Assembly: GCA_964371335.1 (NCBI GenBank)
Contig: CAYJMC010000003.1
Span: 41,962 to 105,961 of the forward strand
DNA: 64,000 nucleotides
Reading direction: 5' to 3'
From: an uncultured Anaerolineaceae bacterium
GTDB lineage: Bacteria; Chloroflexota; Anaerolineae; Anaerolineales; UBA11579
Below, one piece after another: positions 48,929 through 60,458 of this stretch. Under the pieces are notes generated by a model. That model was not told the origin of the DNA. It made no database searches and saw only the letters and a program-made list of their open reading frames with translations. How positions within the stretch are numbered: the first letter of the stretch is position 1; each line of letters begins with the position of its first letter. A program made the position numbers and the translations under genes.

Positions 48929-49768
48929 TCAGCCTCGTTGAATGCGGAAGACCTGATAGAGCACGGTGCCAAATACAGCCCACACCCCACCCAGCACAAC
49001 AAACAGAATGAGGGCCAAAGACAGCGGGGGTGTAGGCGACGAGAGCGCACTGGGAACGTAGACCACAGATTCTTCGGATGCGGAAATCTCAGCGGATGTC
49101 TGCGCAAATCCAAACCCGCCTCCGCCTTCGAACTGGGCAGTGACCTTTAACGTCTTCCCCGGCATTGCCGGAATGGCGATCACCGCGCTGCCGTTTTCGA
49201 TAGTGATCGGCCCACCCAGTTCCAATTCGCCCCCGACCGCGGTGGCGAGCGTAAAGAGGATGGGCACGTCGCCGATCGGCTTGCCGCGCGCGTCCTGCAG
49301 CACGGCGCGCGCCAGGTTACTGCCATCGCCGCGGGGCTCGAGTTCGATGGACAGGAAAGTCAGGGCGCCAGATGTATGCGGCTCCACAACTCGGATGGCC
49401 CCACCCAGGAGATGGTCCATGCCGATACAGGGGATGACGCATAAAATGCGCAGGATCCCCGTTTCGGTGGGCGTGAAGGTGATGGAAGCAGTGGGATGTT
49501 CGCGGCTGAGAGTTACCGTGGGCAGATTCAGGCCGCGACCCACGATCTGGATCTCGTGGGGATTATCCTGGTCTAGGTGCTCGTCATAGTTGAAGGTTAT
49601 GGTGATCTGGTGCCCCGCCTCGACCTCGATCATATAGTTGCCGGATTGATCGAAGCCGTCTTTACTGACGGAGATGGTGATGGTGTGCGAATAGGCCTGC
49701 ACGGAAAGCGGGCTGACCGTTGCGACCAGAAAGGCCAGAACGAGCGCGGGGATTAATTTTCGCAACAT
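48929..49768 (-). CDS. secreted, C-terminally TM-anchored protein with N-terminal cupredoxin-like domain
   Basis: Signal peptide MLRKLIPALVLAFLVATVSPLSVQA, NPHEIQIV...GILRILCVIPCIGMDHLL (C-x3-C-x4-H), a second beta domain, and a C-terminal TM helix. The start lies 2 nt after the nrfD-like stop. Confidence 0.55.
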   Translation of the reverse strand: MLRKLIPALVLAFLVATVSPLSVQAYSHTITISVSKDGFDQSGNYMIEVEAGHQITITFNYDEHLDQDNPHEIQIVGRGLNLPTVTLSREHPTASITFTPTETGILRILCVIPCIGMDHLLGGAIRVVEPHTSGALTFLSIELEPRGDGSNLARAVLQDARGKPIGDVPILFTLATAVGGELELGGPITIENGSAVIAIPAMPGKTLKVTAQFEGGGGFGFAQTSAEISASEESVVYVPSALSSPTPPLSLALILFVVLGGVWAVFGTVLYQVFRIQRG

Positions 49769-49770
49769 AG

Positions 49771-51381
49771 TTACACCTCTGGGGAAGATGTGGTGGCGGG
49801 TTGCTTCAAAGCAGGGCTGAAACCTCGAACGGGTTCTTCCGCTTTGCGCTGGTGCAGCGTCTCCCACACCGAGACAATGGGGACCATGCGCGAGATAAAG
49901 AAATAAATCAGCAGGAAACCGGCCATAGAGCCCGCGGTGATGGCCCATTCGATCCAGGTTGGGCGGTAAAGCACTTCGCTGATAGCTGAATTCGGGAGGA
50001 AGGGATGTTCCATGACGGGAACAACGATAATGAAACGCTTCACCCAGGCCTGAATGACGATGAGGCTCGAGGCAATCACGAAAATGGCGATGGGCCGAGC
50101 CTGAAGCACGGGGATCAATGAAACGGCAAATAAACCGGCCAGAATCAAGCCACCAATGCGCAGGACCAAGGCCAGCGGAGCCAGGTCAAGGCCAACCATG
50201 GATTGGAAGAACGCCGGGGCGAAGGAAGCGGCGATAAAAGCAACGGCAGCGGCCGCCAGGGGGATGGGGCGCAACAAATGAATGCGCTTCAACCACTCGA
50301 TCGGTTTCATCATCGAAAATGCAAGCAGGAAGGCCGGGACGAGCAGGCCAAGGATTTGCGTAAACCAAAACATGCCTGCATACGAGCCGCTGAATAGATC
50401 GGTCAGCAAGGCCTTATCGGACGATTCCATCTTGTAGGCCAGGGTGACGTATTCAGAAATATTGAAGTAAAGGTAAGTCAGATCCAGCGTCAAAACCAGA
50501 GTCGCCATGTTCTTGAAGTGGCGCAGGGTGATGAATTCTTCAAGGTGATACATTTTGCGGAAAACAACCATGGCCAGCACCACCGAGGCGGCTCCCGAGG
50601 CCAGGGCGCCGGCGACGAAATACGGCCCAAAGATCGTGGAGTTCCAGCCGGGACGCAATGTCATGGCAAAGATCCACGAGACGACGGTGTGCACCATGAT
50701 GGCGACCGGAAGGATCAATACGGCCATGGCATTCATGGCACGCTCCAGGCGCGCGTGCTGCTCAGGAGTCCCGCGCCAGCCAAAGGAGAACAGCTTGTAT
50801 ATCCAACGCCGCCAGAAAGGTGCGTTGGTGAATTTGTCTCGCAGCAGAGCCATATCGGGGATTAACGGCAAGAGCAGGAAAATAGTCGAACCGGTCAGGT
50901 AGGTGGTGATGGAGAGAATGTCCCAAAGGATCGGCGACTGCAAGCGTCCATGCAGCAACAGGTTCAGCACGCGCTCCGGGCGTCCCAGGTCGATGATGGG
51001 CATCAGCGCGCCCATCAACAGGGCGGCGAAGGTAATCGCTTCCGCCATGCGCGTGATGGGATGCCGCCATTGGGCTCCGGTCAGCCGCAGAATGGAAGAC
51101 AGCAGCGCCCCCACGTGGCTGATGCCGATGAAGAATACGAAGTTGGTGATGTAAAGCCCCCAGGATACGGTATCGCCCATCCCAGTCACGGATAAACCGG
51201 TTTGCCATTGGACAAAGTAGGCATAGATACCCACCAGGACGACGGCGCCCAGCGCGCCGATGGTAAGGTAGGTGCCCCGCCCCCATTTAACGACCGGGGC
51301 AAGCAATGTCCTTTCTTGTGAATTGAGGCTTTCCAAACCTGCTGAAGCCTTTTTCGCAGAGCCGGCAATCGTCGTAGTCAT
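49771..51381 (-). CDS. NrfD/PsrC/ActC-like polytopic quinol-interacting membrane subunit
   Basis: 536 aa, many TM helices, and the N-terminal pattern of the NrfD family. It lies immediately downstream of the FeS subunit gene. Confidence 0.8.
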   Translation of the reverse strand: MTTTIAGSAKKASAGLESLNSQERTLLAPVVKWGRGTYLTIGALGAVVLVGIYAYFVQWQTGLSVTGMGDTVSWGLYITNFVFFIGISHVGALLSSILRLTGAQWRHPITRMAEAITFAALLMGALMPIIDLGRPERVLNLLLHGRLQSPILWDILSITTYLTGSTIFLLLPLIPDMALLRDKFTNAPFWRRWIYKLFSFGWRGTPEQHARLERAMNAMAVLILPVAIMVHTVVSWIFAMTLRPGWNSTIFGPYFVAGALASGAASVVLAMVVFRKMYHLEEFITLRHFKNMATLVLTLDLTYLYFNISEYVTLAYKMESSDKALLTDLFSGSYAGMFWFTQILGLLVPAFLLAFSMMKPIEWLKRIHLLRPIPLAAAAVAFIAASFAPAFFQSMVGLDLAPLALVLRIGGLILAGLFAVSLIPVLQARPIAIFVIASSLIVIQAWVKRFIIVVPVMEHPFLPNSAISEVLYRPTWIEWAITAGSMAGFLLIYFFISRMVPIVSVWETLHQRKAEEPVRGFSPALKQPATTSSPEV

Positions 51382-51393
51382 GTGTGCGTACCT

Positions 51394-52242
51394 TTACCCT
51401 TGAGCGGCGGGATGGTCGGCGGATAATTGTTCGGATGGCGCCTGGGCTTGCATGGTGCGCGGCGGCAGGTACCAAACGCGCGGCTCCGTGCCAAGTTCTT
51501 CCAGGTGGCGTTCAGCAGCCCCCTCGACCAGCAGGTCGCTGAACCGCAGGGTTTCACCCTGGCTGTTGGTTACGGCGTCCTCGTTCTCATCGCCAAAATA
51601 GATGGCGCCCATTGGGCAGCCGCTCACGCAAGACGGGAGCAGGCCCTGGCTGGTGAGCGAGGGGCAAAACAGGCACTTTTCGACCACCCCTTTTCGATGA
51701 GGCATGTTCATCTCGACGGAATAGTCTTCGGCCAGTTCTTGCTCGGTATGAGGCGGCTCGGCCCAGTTGAAATAGCGAGCGGAATACGGGCAGGCGGCCA
51801 TGCAGATGCGGCAACCGATGCAGCGATCCTGATCGATCAGCACCAGGCCATCCGAGCGTTTGTAGGTGGCATCCACGGGGCACACGTTCACGCAGGGAGG
51901 ATTGTCGCAATGCATACAGGGGCGCGGGAAGAAATAGGAACTTTCCAATGTGGGGTGCTGCATTTTGTAGACTTTGATCCACTCCTGCCCTGTGGGAACC
52001 ATGTGCATCGCCGAGCAGGCGTCGGTGCAGGCCCCGCAGCCGTCGCAGCGCGCCAGGTCGATGACCATCACCCAACGGTGATTGCCTCCGCCGGTGTCTC
52101 CGGGGTGAGCGCTGCCGCGCAGCGCGGAACGCAGTGCAGGGCCGACGACTTCGCCGACTTTTGGAGCGGCAATAACTGCTGCCGCCGTGCCCAGGCCGGC
52201 CAGCTTTAGGAATTCACGTCTGTTGATTTTTTGATCTGCCAT
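51394..52242 (-). CDS. Tat-exported 4x[4Fe-4S] ferredoxin subunit (NrfC/PsrB/DmsB/ActB2-like)
   Basis: Twin-arginine signal NRREFLKLAGLG. Cys clusters CDGCGACTDAC, CMHCDNPPCVNVCP, CIGCRICMAACP and CLFCPS...CVSGCP. Confidence 0.9.
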   Translation of the reverse strand: MADQKINRREFLKLAGLGTAAAVIAAPKVGEVVGPALRSALRGSAHPGDTGGGNHRWVMVIDLARCDGCGACTDACSAMHMVPTGQEWIKVYKMQHPTLESSYFFPRPCMHCDNPPCVNVCPVDATYKRSDGLVLIDQDRCIGCRICMAACPYSARYFNWAEPPHTEQELAEDYSVEMNMPHRKGVVEKCLFCPSLTSQGLLPSCVSGCPMGAIYFGDENEDAVTNSQGETLRFSDLLVEGAAERHLEELGTEPRVWYLPPRTMQAQAPSEQLSADHPAAQG

Positions 52243-52298
52243 TTTTTAGATAATCCTCAGGTCGTTTTTTTCTAATTTCACTCGCAATGCTGACTCTT

Positions 52299-52865
52299 CT
52301 AGTCTTCCGCCATGCCTAACAATTCTTCCAATTCATGATTTACATCATGCGTGTCCCCAAACTCAATCGCCTGGATCATTTCGTCATACACGGCGGCAGC
52401 CTCATCAGTGGTCAGGGCCATCGCCTGTTGGAGATGATTGATGGCCACTTCGCTATCCACGGTTTCGGAGTCATTGATTGCTGCATAAGCCGCCATCAAG
52501 TGCGCTTTTTCTTCATCACTCGGCATGATGTCGGCATGGGTTTCCTTTCGCTCGGAGTCCAAACTGAGCGCATATTGCACCAGGAGCTCTAGGTCGCTAT
52601 CAGGCAGCAAGGTGGAAGAAAAGGTCGGCATATTGCCTGCCGGATTGCGAACCTGGCTCATGATCTCTTCGGAATCATGACCGAAAATGGAAGGCGCCGA
52701 AGCGCTGCCAGTCCCGTCGCCCCCGTGGCAGCTCGCACAAAAGGCATCAAATTGGCTCTTGCCCTGCGCCGCGGTGTCGGGCCCAGCTTGGGAAGACGCG
52801 GAGGGGCCGCAGGCTGCCAGCACCAAACCGGCCAAAGCAAAAACGGCAAGCAGTTTAGCGATCAT
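52299..52865 (-). CDS. monohaem c-type cytochrome lipoprotein (ActE-like) with helical C-terminal extension
   Basis: AGGAG lies 5 nt before ATG 52865. Lipobox LVLAAC, a single CASCH haem motif, and a distal Met candidate (GNMPTF). Confidence 0.8.
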   Translation of the reverse strand: MIAKLLAVFALAGLVLAACGPSASSQAGPDTAAQGKSQFDAFCASCHGGDGTGSASAPSIFGHDSEEIMSQVRNPAGNMPTFSSTLLPDSDLELLVQYALSLDSERKETHADIMPSDEEKAHLMAAYAAINDSETVDSEVAINHLQQAMALTTDEAAAVYDEMIQAIEFGDTHDVNHELEELLGMAED

Positions 52866-53088
52866 TTTTTCTCCTGATGGGTTCAACCTTTCCATGCGGG
52901 AATTCCGATCGCCTTTGTTCTTCCAGGTCGCGCAGCCGGGTCTGCAACCGGCCAATCTCGCGCACCAGCCGGGCGCGTTCTTCGCCGTAGTCCGCGAGAA
53001 TTACCTCCAACTCGGAGAGTTGATGCTCATTGGCTGCAAGCTCATGCTGCAGCTGTGCAAGCTGATGGAAGCCAGACGGTTCCGCCAT
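52855..53088 (-). CDS. possible 77-aa coiled-coil protein (doubtful)
   Basis: The ORF has heptad-like, Leu/Glu/Arg-rich sequence. There is no clear RBS, and it overlaps the cytochrome c start by 11 nt. Confidence 0.25.
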   Translation of the reverse strand: MAEPSGFHQLAQLQHELAANEHQLSELEVILADYGEERARLVREIGRLQTRLRDLEEQRRSEFPHGKVEPIRRKNDR

Positions 53089-53195
53089 GGTTGGCCGCTG
53101 GAATCAGGTTAGCACTCGATAGTTCGAAACGGGTGAGAAGCGAGGGGATTAAGCAGTGCGAATTCCCCCTGGCGCCTGGTCACAGGCAGAAAGAA

Positions 53196-53906
53196 TTAGT
53201 TCAGGTAATAACCGAAGCCGCGTTCGGTCATGATCAATTGAGGTTTCGTGGGCTCCAGTTCGAGTTTTTGCCTGAGGTAATGGATGTAGCGCTTGACATT
53301 TTCCAGGTCATCGGCATATTCGCTGCCCCACACTTTAGCCAGGAGTGTTTCCGGGGCAAGCATGTGGCCCGGCCGTTCGGCCAGGGCAGCCAGCACCCGG
53401 AATTCGATCGGGGTGAGATGGATCAATTTCCCGGCGCGGCTCACGCGTCGTTCGGCAAGATCGATCACCAAATCGCCGCGTACCACCGGGGCCTGGCGGG
53501 TTTCCGATTGGCCGCGCTGGCTACGGTTGAGGATTGCCTCTACCCGGGCTATCAACTCGGCGGCGCTGAAAGGCTTGGCCACGAAATCATCCACCCCCAG
53601 GCGGAAACCCCGCAACCGGTCCCGTTCATCTGCCTTGGCGGTCAGCATGAGAATGGGCACATCGGAGACCTCGCGCAGCCTTCCGCAAACGGTCCATCCG
53701 TCCATCCTTGGCATCATCACGTCCAGGATGACCAGGTCGATTTTGTCATCGTAAAAAGCCTGCAGGCCGTCGAGGCCGTTGGAAGCCTTTGCCGCTTGAA
53801 AATCCGCCTTAGCGAAATGCTTGACCAGAAGGTTGAGCAGGGTTTGGTCGTCGTCGATGATTAGGATTTTTTTTGCTTTCACAACAGCATCCGCTGACTT
53901 CATCAT
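53196..53906 (-). CDS. OmpR/PhoB-family response regulator
   Basis: Receiver domain (ILIIDDD, DLVILDVMMP, TAK) plus a winged-helix domain (LTPIEFRVLAAL, RGFGY). Confidence 0.9.
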   Translation of the reverse strand: MMKSADAVVKAKKILIIDDDQTLLNLLVKHFAKADFQAAKASNGLDGLQAFYDDKIDLVILDVMMPRMDGWTVCGRLREVSDVPILMLTAKADERDRLRGFRLGVDDFVAKPFSAAELIARVEAILNRSQRGQSETRQAPVVRGDLVIDLAERRVSRAGKLIHLTPIEFRVLAALAERPGHMLAPETLLAKVWGSEYADDLENVKRYIHYLRQKLELEPTKPQLIMTERGFGYYLN

Positions 53907-53907
53907 C

Positions 53908-54990
53908 TCATCGCCCTTCGCTTAGCTCGACGGTTTGGCGTTCAGGTTGGCGCCTGAACTTGGAGGACAGGGGCAGAGCAATCTTGAACGTGGCCCCCTC
54001 GCCGGGTTGGCTCTCCACCCAAATCCTGCCATCCATTGCTTCGATCAATCGCCGGCTGATGTACAAACCAAGGCCGTAACCATAGGTTTCCTTTGAATCT
54101 TTCGAATCCAGTCGGTGGAATTTCTCGAAAATTCGTTTCCGGTCCTGGTCAAAAATACCCGGACCCTGATCGCTAACGGAAATGATGCTTTCTCCATCCT
54201 GAACCGCCACCGCCAGGGTGACATCGCTGTCGACCGGCGAATATTTCATCGCATTGTCCACTAGATTGGCAATGACCTCGTAAAGAAAGTCCCGATCGGC
54301 CCACACCAGCGGATGCAGGTCGCCCTGCGGTCGCCGCAAACGGTGCCCCGTTTGTCGGGCAGAGAATTCATCGAATACATGATCGGCGACTTGTAAGACG
54401 TCCACCTCGGCGCGGTTCACGTTTAATCCTCCCGCCTCGATCCGCGAAACGTTCAGCACCTCGTCCACCATGCGGGTCAACCGGCTGACCTGTTCATTCA
54501 TGATCGCCAGGATGGGTGCGCCATTTTGGTCCAATGGGTTTTCCTCCCCTTCGATAAGCTCCAACGCGCTGCGCATATTGGTTAACGGGGCGCGCAATTC
54601 GTGCGAAACAAGCGAAACAAACTCGGACTTCATCCGGTCGAGCTGCTGCAAGTCTGCGTTGGCAATTGCCAAAGCCTCGTTTTTCTTGCGCAGCTCGTGC
54701 GTGCGTTCGTCGACGCGTTGCTGCAGTTCCACGTTCAGGCGATAGACTTCGGCTTCAGCCTCTTCTTTCTCGGCCAACCAATGGCGGATCTGGCGTAGCA
54801 CGAACCAAACCGTTATGGGTCCCACCGTCCCATAGAACAAGATCTCAACCCCCCAGTGGATGTCGTGACCAAAGTTATCGTGCACATAGAGAGCCGGCCC
54901 CAGTTGAAAAAACGTGGCCAAGACGACGATACTGAGCGGCATTGCCCACTGAAGCAAACCTATGCGCTTGGATAGAGTGGAAGGTTTCAT
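53908..54990 (-). CDS. sensor histidine kinase (HisKA/HATPase_c)
   Basis: Two TM helices, H-box SHELRAPLT, N-box NLVDNAMKY, and G-boxes DQGPGI and GYGLGL. Confidence 0.9.
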   Translation of the reverse strand: MKPSTLSKRIGLLQWAMPLSIVVLATFFQLGPALYVHDNFGHDIHWGVEILFYGTVGPITVWFVLRQIRHWLAEKEEAEAEVYRLNVELQQRVDERTHELRKKNEALAIANADLQQLDRMKSEFVSLVSHELRAPLTNMRSALELIEGEENPLDQNGAPILAIMNEQVSRLTRMVDEVLNVSRIEAGGLNVNRAEVDVLQVADHVFDEFSARQTGHRLRRPQGDLHPLVWADRDFLYEVIANLVDNAMKYSPVDSDVTLAVAVQDGESIISVSDQGPGIFDQDRKRIFEKFHRLDSKDSKETYGYGLGLYISRRLIEAMDGRIWVESQPGEGATFKIALPLSSKFRRQPERQTVELSEGR

Positions 54991-55418
54991 AATCTCAATT
55001 CATTAGCTCGAATTATGCTCCTTTGCGGGCACAACCTCCGCATAAATTTTCGATAAAGCCACAAAAAGGCTCGTTGATGCTAAGGCAAACTGAGAGCCGG
55101 CGATTATTGTTCATTATTGGGAAAAGAGACCTAAAAGTTAACGGGAGGATGTTAGCCCTTATGGGTGACAAATGTCCCCGGTATTTTTTTCTTGCCGTGC
55201 TGGCGCGATTGTGAAACGAAACACGATGAAAATAATTTGTGGAACATCCTGATTTTTGTCAGGTTGTGAAAATTGCCGCGAGTTACTTTTTCCCAGAAAT
55301 AGAATCTTTGACAACCCGCCCTCTTTCCCCCAATGCTCCCAATTCGTGTAATTAATTGCGCGCCGGGCGCTCCAGGCGCGGATTCCAGCTATCTGCTGCC
55401 AGAAGGAGGTCGAAAAGT

Positions 55419-55491
55419 TATTGCTACTCCTTAAGCCCCATCTCGCGGAATAATATCTTTCCTCCCTGGCGCGAGGGAAACAGTAGCAATA
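55419..55491. other. nested inverted repeat (possible structured RNA or terminator) in a 0.5-kb gene-free spacer
   Basis: Outer arms tattgctact (55419-55428) / agtagcaata (55482-55491). Inner arms ctcgcg (55442-55447) / cgcgag (55470-55475). Confidence 0.4.
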
Positions 55492-55517
55492 TCTATAGAT
55501 AAAAAGAGCGGAAGTAC

Positions 55518-56858
<1,341 letters not shown>

Positions 56859-56880
56859 TCACACATCATCATGCCAGGCA

Positions 56881-56910
56881 CACAAAAAGCGCTTCCTTTG
56901 CGCTTTTGTG
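56881..56910 (-). terminator. hairpin cacaaaaagcgc/gcgcttttgtg (terminator-like), copy 1
   Basis: An 11-bp stem followed on the minus strand by a U-rich run. It is duplicated at 57050-57084. Confidence 0.4.
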
Positions 56911-56914
56911 GATC

Positions 56915-56985
56915 CCCTCCCCTTGTCATTCCCAGGGCTGCGCCTTTAAAAAGACTCAAACCGCCCTCGCGCGAAATGACAAGAT
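56915..56985. repeat. Family C-related palindromic element
   Basis: cttgtcattcccagggctgcgcc...ccctcgcgcgaaatgacaag, with termini cttgtcatt / aatgacaag. Confidence 0.45.
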
Positions 56986-57049
56986 GGAAAAATGCAGAAA
57001 CTGGATGCAAACGAATATTTTCTCATTATTCATAACGCTCATCGCGCAG

Positions 57050-57084
57050 AAACACAAAAGCGCCTCTTTTGCGCTTTTGTGTTT
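57050..57084 (-). terminator. hairpin aaacacaaaagcgc/gcgcttttgtgttt, likely pyrG terminator, copy 2
   Basis: Stem-loop followed on the minus strand by ttttgtgttt, downstream of pyrG. Confidence 0.5.
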
Positions 57085-57092
57085 CACTCCTA

Positions 57093-57182
57093 TTGTGTCA
57101 TTCCGAAACGGGTTTATAAATCAGTGCCCAAGGAAGATCAAGATCAGTGAGGAATCCTTATAGTGATCTCTTCTGAATAACC
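57093..57182. repeat. Family C element, inverted orientation
   Basis: The reverse complement reads ttattcagaagagatcactataaggattcctcactgatc...acccgtttcggaatgacacaa. Confidence 0.6.
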
Positions 57183-57209
57183 CTTTTTTAACGGCCACTC
57201 GTTTAAAAA

Positions 57210-57272
57210 GGGATTCTTCCTCAGGCAGCGTCGCTAAAGGCGACGCTAGGCGCCCTCGTTCGGAATGACGAG
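57210..57272. repeat. Family C-like element abutting the pyrG stop codon
   Basis: gggattcttcctcaggcagcgtcgctaaaggcgacgctaggcgccctcgttcggaatgacgag, with an internal 8-bp hairpin agcgtcgc/gcgacgct. Confidence 0.5.
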
Positions 57273-59000
<1,728 letters not shown>

Positions 59001-59002
59001 TC

Positions 59003-59204
59003 AGTTCTTCCGAAGACGGCGTAATTGGGATTCCTCGCTGAGATTACTTTTACTTTGATGCGGATTTCCAGACCCGCTCGGAATGACAATAAGCGGCTTG
59101 CGCCGTTTATTGTGGGCGACGCATGCGTCGCCCTACGGCGATTCAACCTTGCGAAGGTTGGATATAAATTCTCGTTGTCTTCAAGTCCAACCTTCGCAAG
59201 GTTT
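59003..59204. repeat. Composite family C + D element
   Basis: C part: ttcttccgaagacggcgtaattgggattcctcgctgagatt...gacccgctcggaatgacaa. A 20-bp perfect palindrome gggcgacgcatgcgtcgccc lies at 59115-59134. D part: 18-bp hairpin aaccttgcgaaggttgga / tccaaccttcgcaaggtt. Confidence 0.75.
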
Positions 59205-59285
59205 TCGCTAATTAAAAGAACAGGGAGGGGCGCTAAGAGCCCCTCCCTGAAGGAGAAGAATGCAAGTTGGTCTTGATCGGATTCC

Positions 59286-59660
59286 TTATGATACATACGC
59301 TTCCAAATCAACTGCGGCTCTGCGCATCTCGAGGAATATGATACCTAATTTTGCCTCATTGCGGGAGAGGGCAGTCAGCACAGCGTCTCTGCCCACAGCG
59401 GTGAGCAAGACCATGCCTTCGTCACCACGGATGTAGACTTCTTCGAGCTCGCCACGCTGCAGCTCGGCAGCTATGCGTTCACCCAGGCTTAGCATGGCGG
59501 CGGACATGGCCGCGATGCGTTCCTCCTCGACATCGGAAGGCAGCGCCGAAGCCAGGGTGAGGCCGTCGGCGGTGACCACGGCCGAGGCGATGATGTCGGG
59601 CGCCACGGCTTGCAGATTGCGGAGGCGGTTTACCATCTGGGCGGAACGCGAGGTAGCCAT
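59286..59660 (-). CDS. Roadblock/LC7 (MglB-like) domain protein
   Basis: 124 aa. AVVTADGLTLAS...MSAAMLSLGERIA...VLLTAVG is the Robl/LC7 pattern. Confidence 0.8.
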   Translation of the reverse strand: MATSRSAQMVNRLRNLQAVAPDIIASAVVTADGLTLASALPSDVEEERIAAMSAAMLSLGERIAAELQRGELEEVYIRGDEGMVLLTAVGRDAVLTALSRNEAKLGIIFLEMRRAAVDLEAYVS

Positions 59661-59753
59661 AAGTTATTGGGCAGTCTACCATAACCAGGAAAACCACAAA
59701 GACGCAAAGGGCACAAAGTTTTAAATATTCAAAACCCCAAGGATTTGGAAGTA

Positions 59754-60455
59754 TTAATCCTTGCGAAGCAAATTCTGGATGTGATGCTCGTTGGCGTAAT
59801 TGGCGGCTTCGATGCGATTCATAACACCCAACTTGCCCAGGATGGCGCTGACGTGATGGCCAACTGTTTTTTCGGATAAGTAGAGCGCCTCACTGATCTG
59901 GGCGTTCGATTTCCCTGCCGCCACGAGGCCAAGGACCTCCAATTCCCGATCGGTAAGGGACTGGAAAGCCCGATCATGTTGCTCCCGTTGCTGCTGGCGA
60001 ACACGGTCGATCAACTTTTGGGTAATCTGGGGATCCAGAACCGGTTCCCCCTTGCAAACCGCTTCCAGCGCGCTAATCAATTGCTGGTTACCTACCTGCT
60101 TCAAGATATACCCCGAGGCGCCTGCTTCTAGCGCCTTGAAAACCAAAGCATCCTCAGCGTAGGAAGTAAGCATCAGCACGTTGATGTGAGGATGCTTGGC
60201 CTTGATCTGACGGCAAGCCTCAATGCCGCTCTCGCCAGGAAGGCGAATATCCATCACCACCGCATCCGGCTGGAACTGCTCCACAACTTTCATAGCTTCC
60301 TCAGCCGAACCAGCCTCAGCGACTGAACTGACGCAAGTAACCTCTTTGAGCAGCGTGGCCAAGCCCAAGCGCACCACTTCGTGGTCATCGACCAGCAAGA
60401 CCCTTATCTTCTTCAGATTGTTGTTTCCCTTCTCAGTTCCTCTTCGTTCAGGCAT
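59754..60455 (-). CDS. NarL/LuxR-family response regulator
   Basis: Receiver domain ([19 protein letters not shown]) plus a LuxR HTH domain ([32 protein letters not shown]). Confidence 0.9.
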   Translation of the reverse strand: MPERRGTEKGNNNLKKIRVLLVDDHEVVRLGLATLLKEVTCVSSVAEAGSAEEAMKVVEQFQPDAVVMDIRLPGESGIEACRQIKAKHPHINVLMLTSYAEDALVFKALEAGASGYILKQVGNQQLISALEAVCKGEPVLDPQITQKLIDRVRQQQREQHDRAFQSLTDRELEVLGLVAAGKSNAQISEALYLSEKTVGHHVSAILGKLGVMNRIEAANYANEHHIQNLLRKD

Positions 60456-60458
60456 GGC

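Noticed and set aside
47925-48941. 338-aa plus-strand ORF
   Set aside because: It spans three separate, well-supported minus-strand genes (TlpA-like, cupredoxin, Cys-rich protein) and their spacers, so it is not coding.
53055-53864. 269-aa plus-strand ORF
   Set aside because: It is antisense to the OmpR-family response regulator.
55023-55214. 63-aa ORF in the kinase-eno spacer
   Set aside because: It has no RBS at a sensible distance, a composition unlike neighbouring genes, and it ends inside a terminator-like hairpin and T-run.
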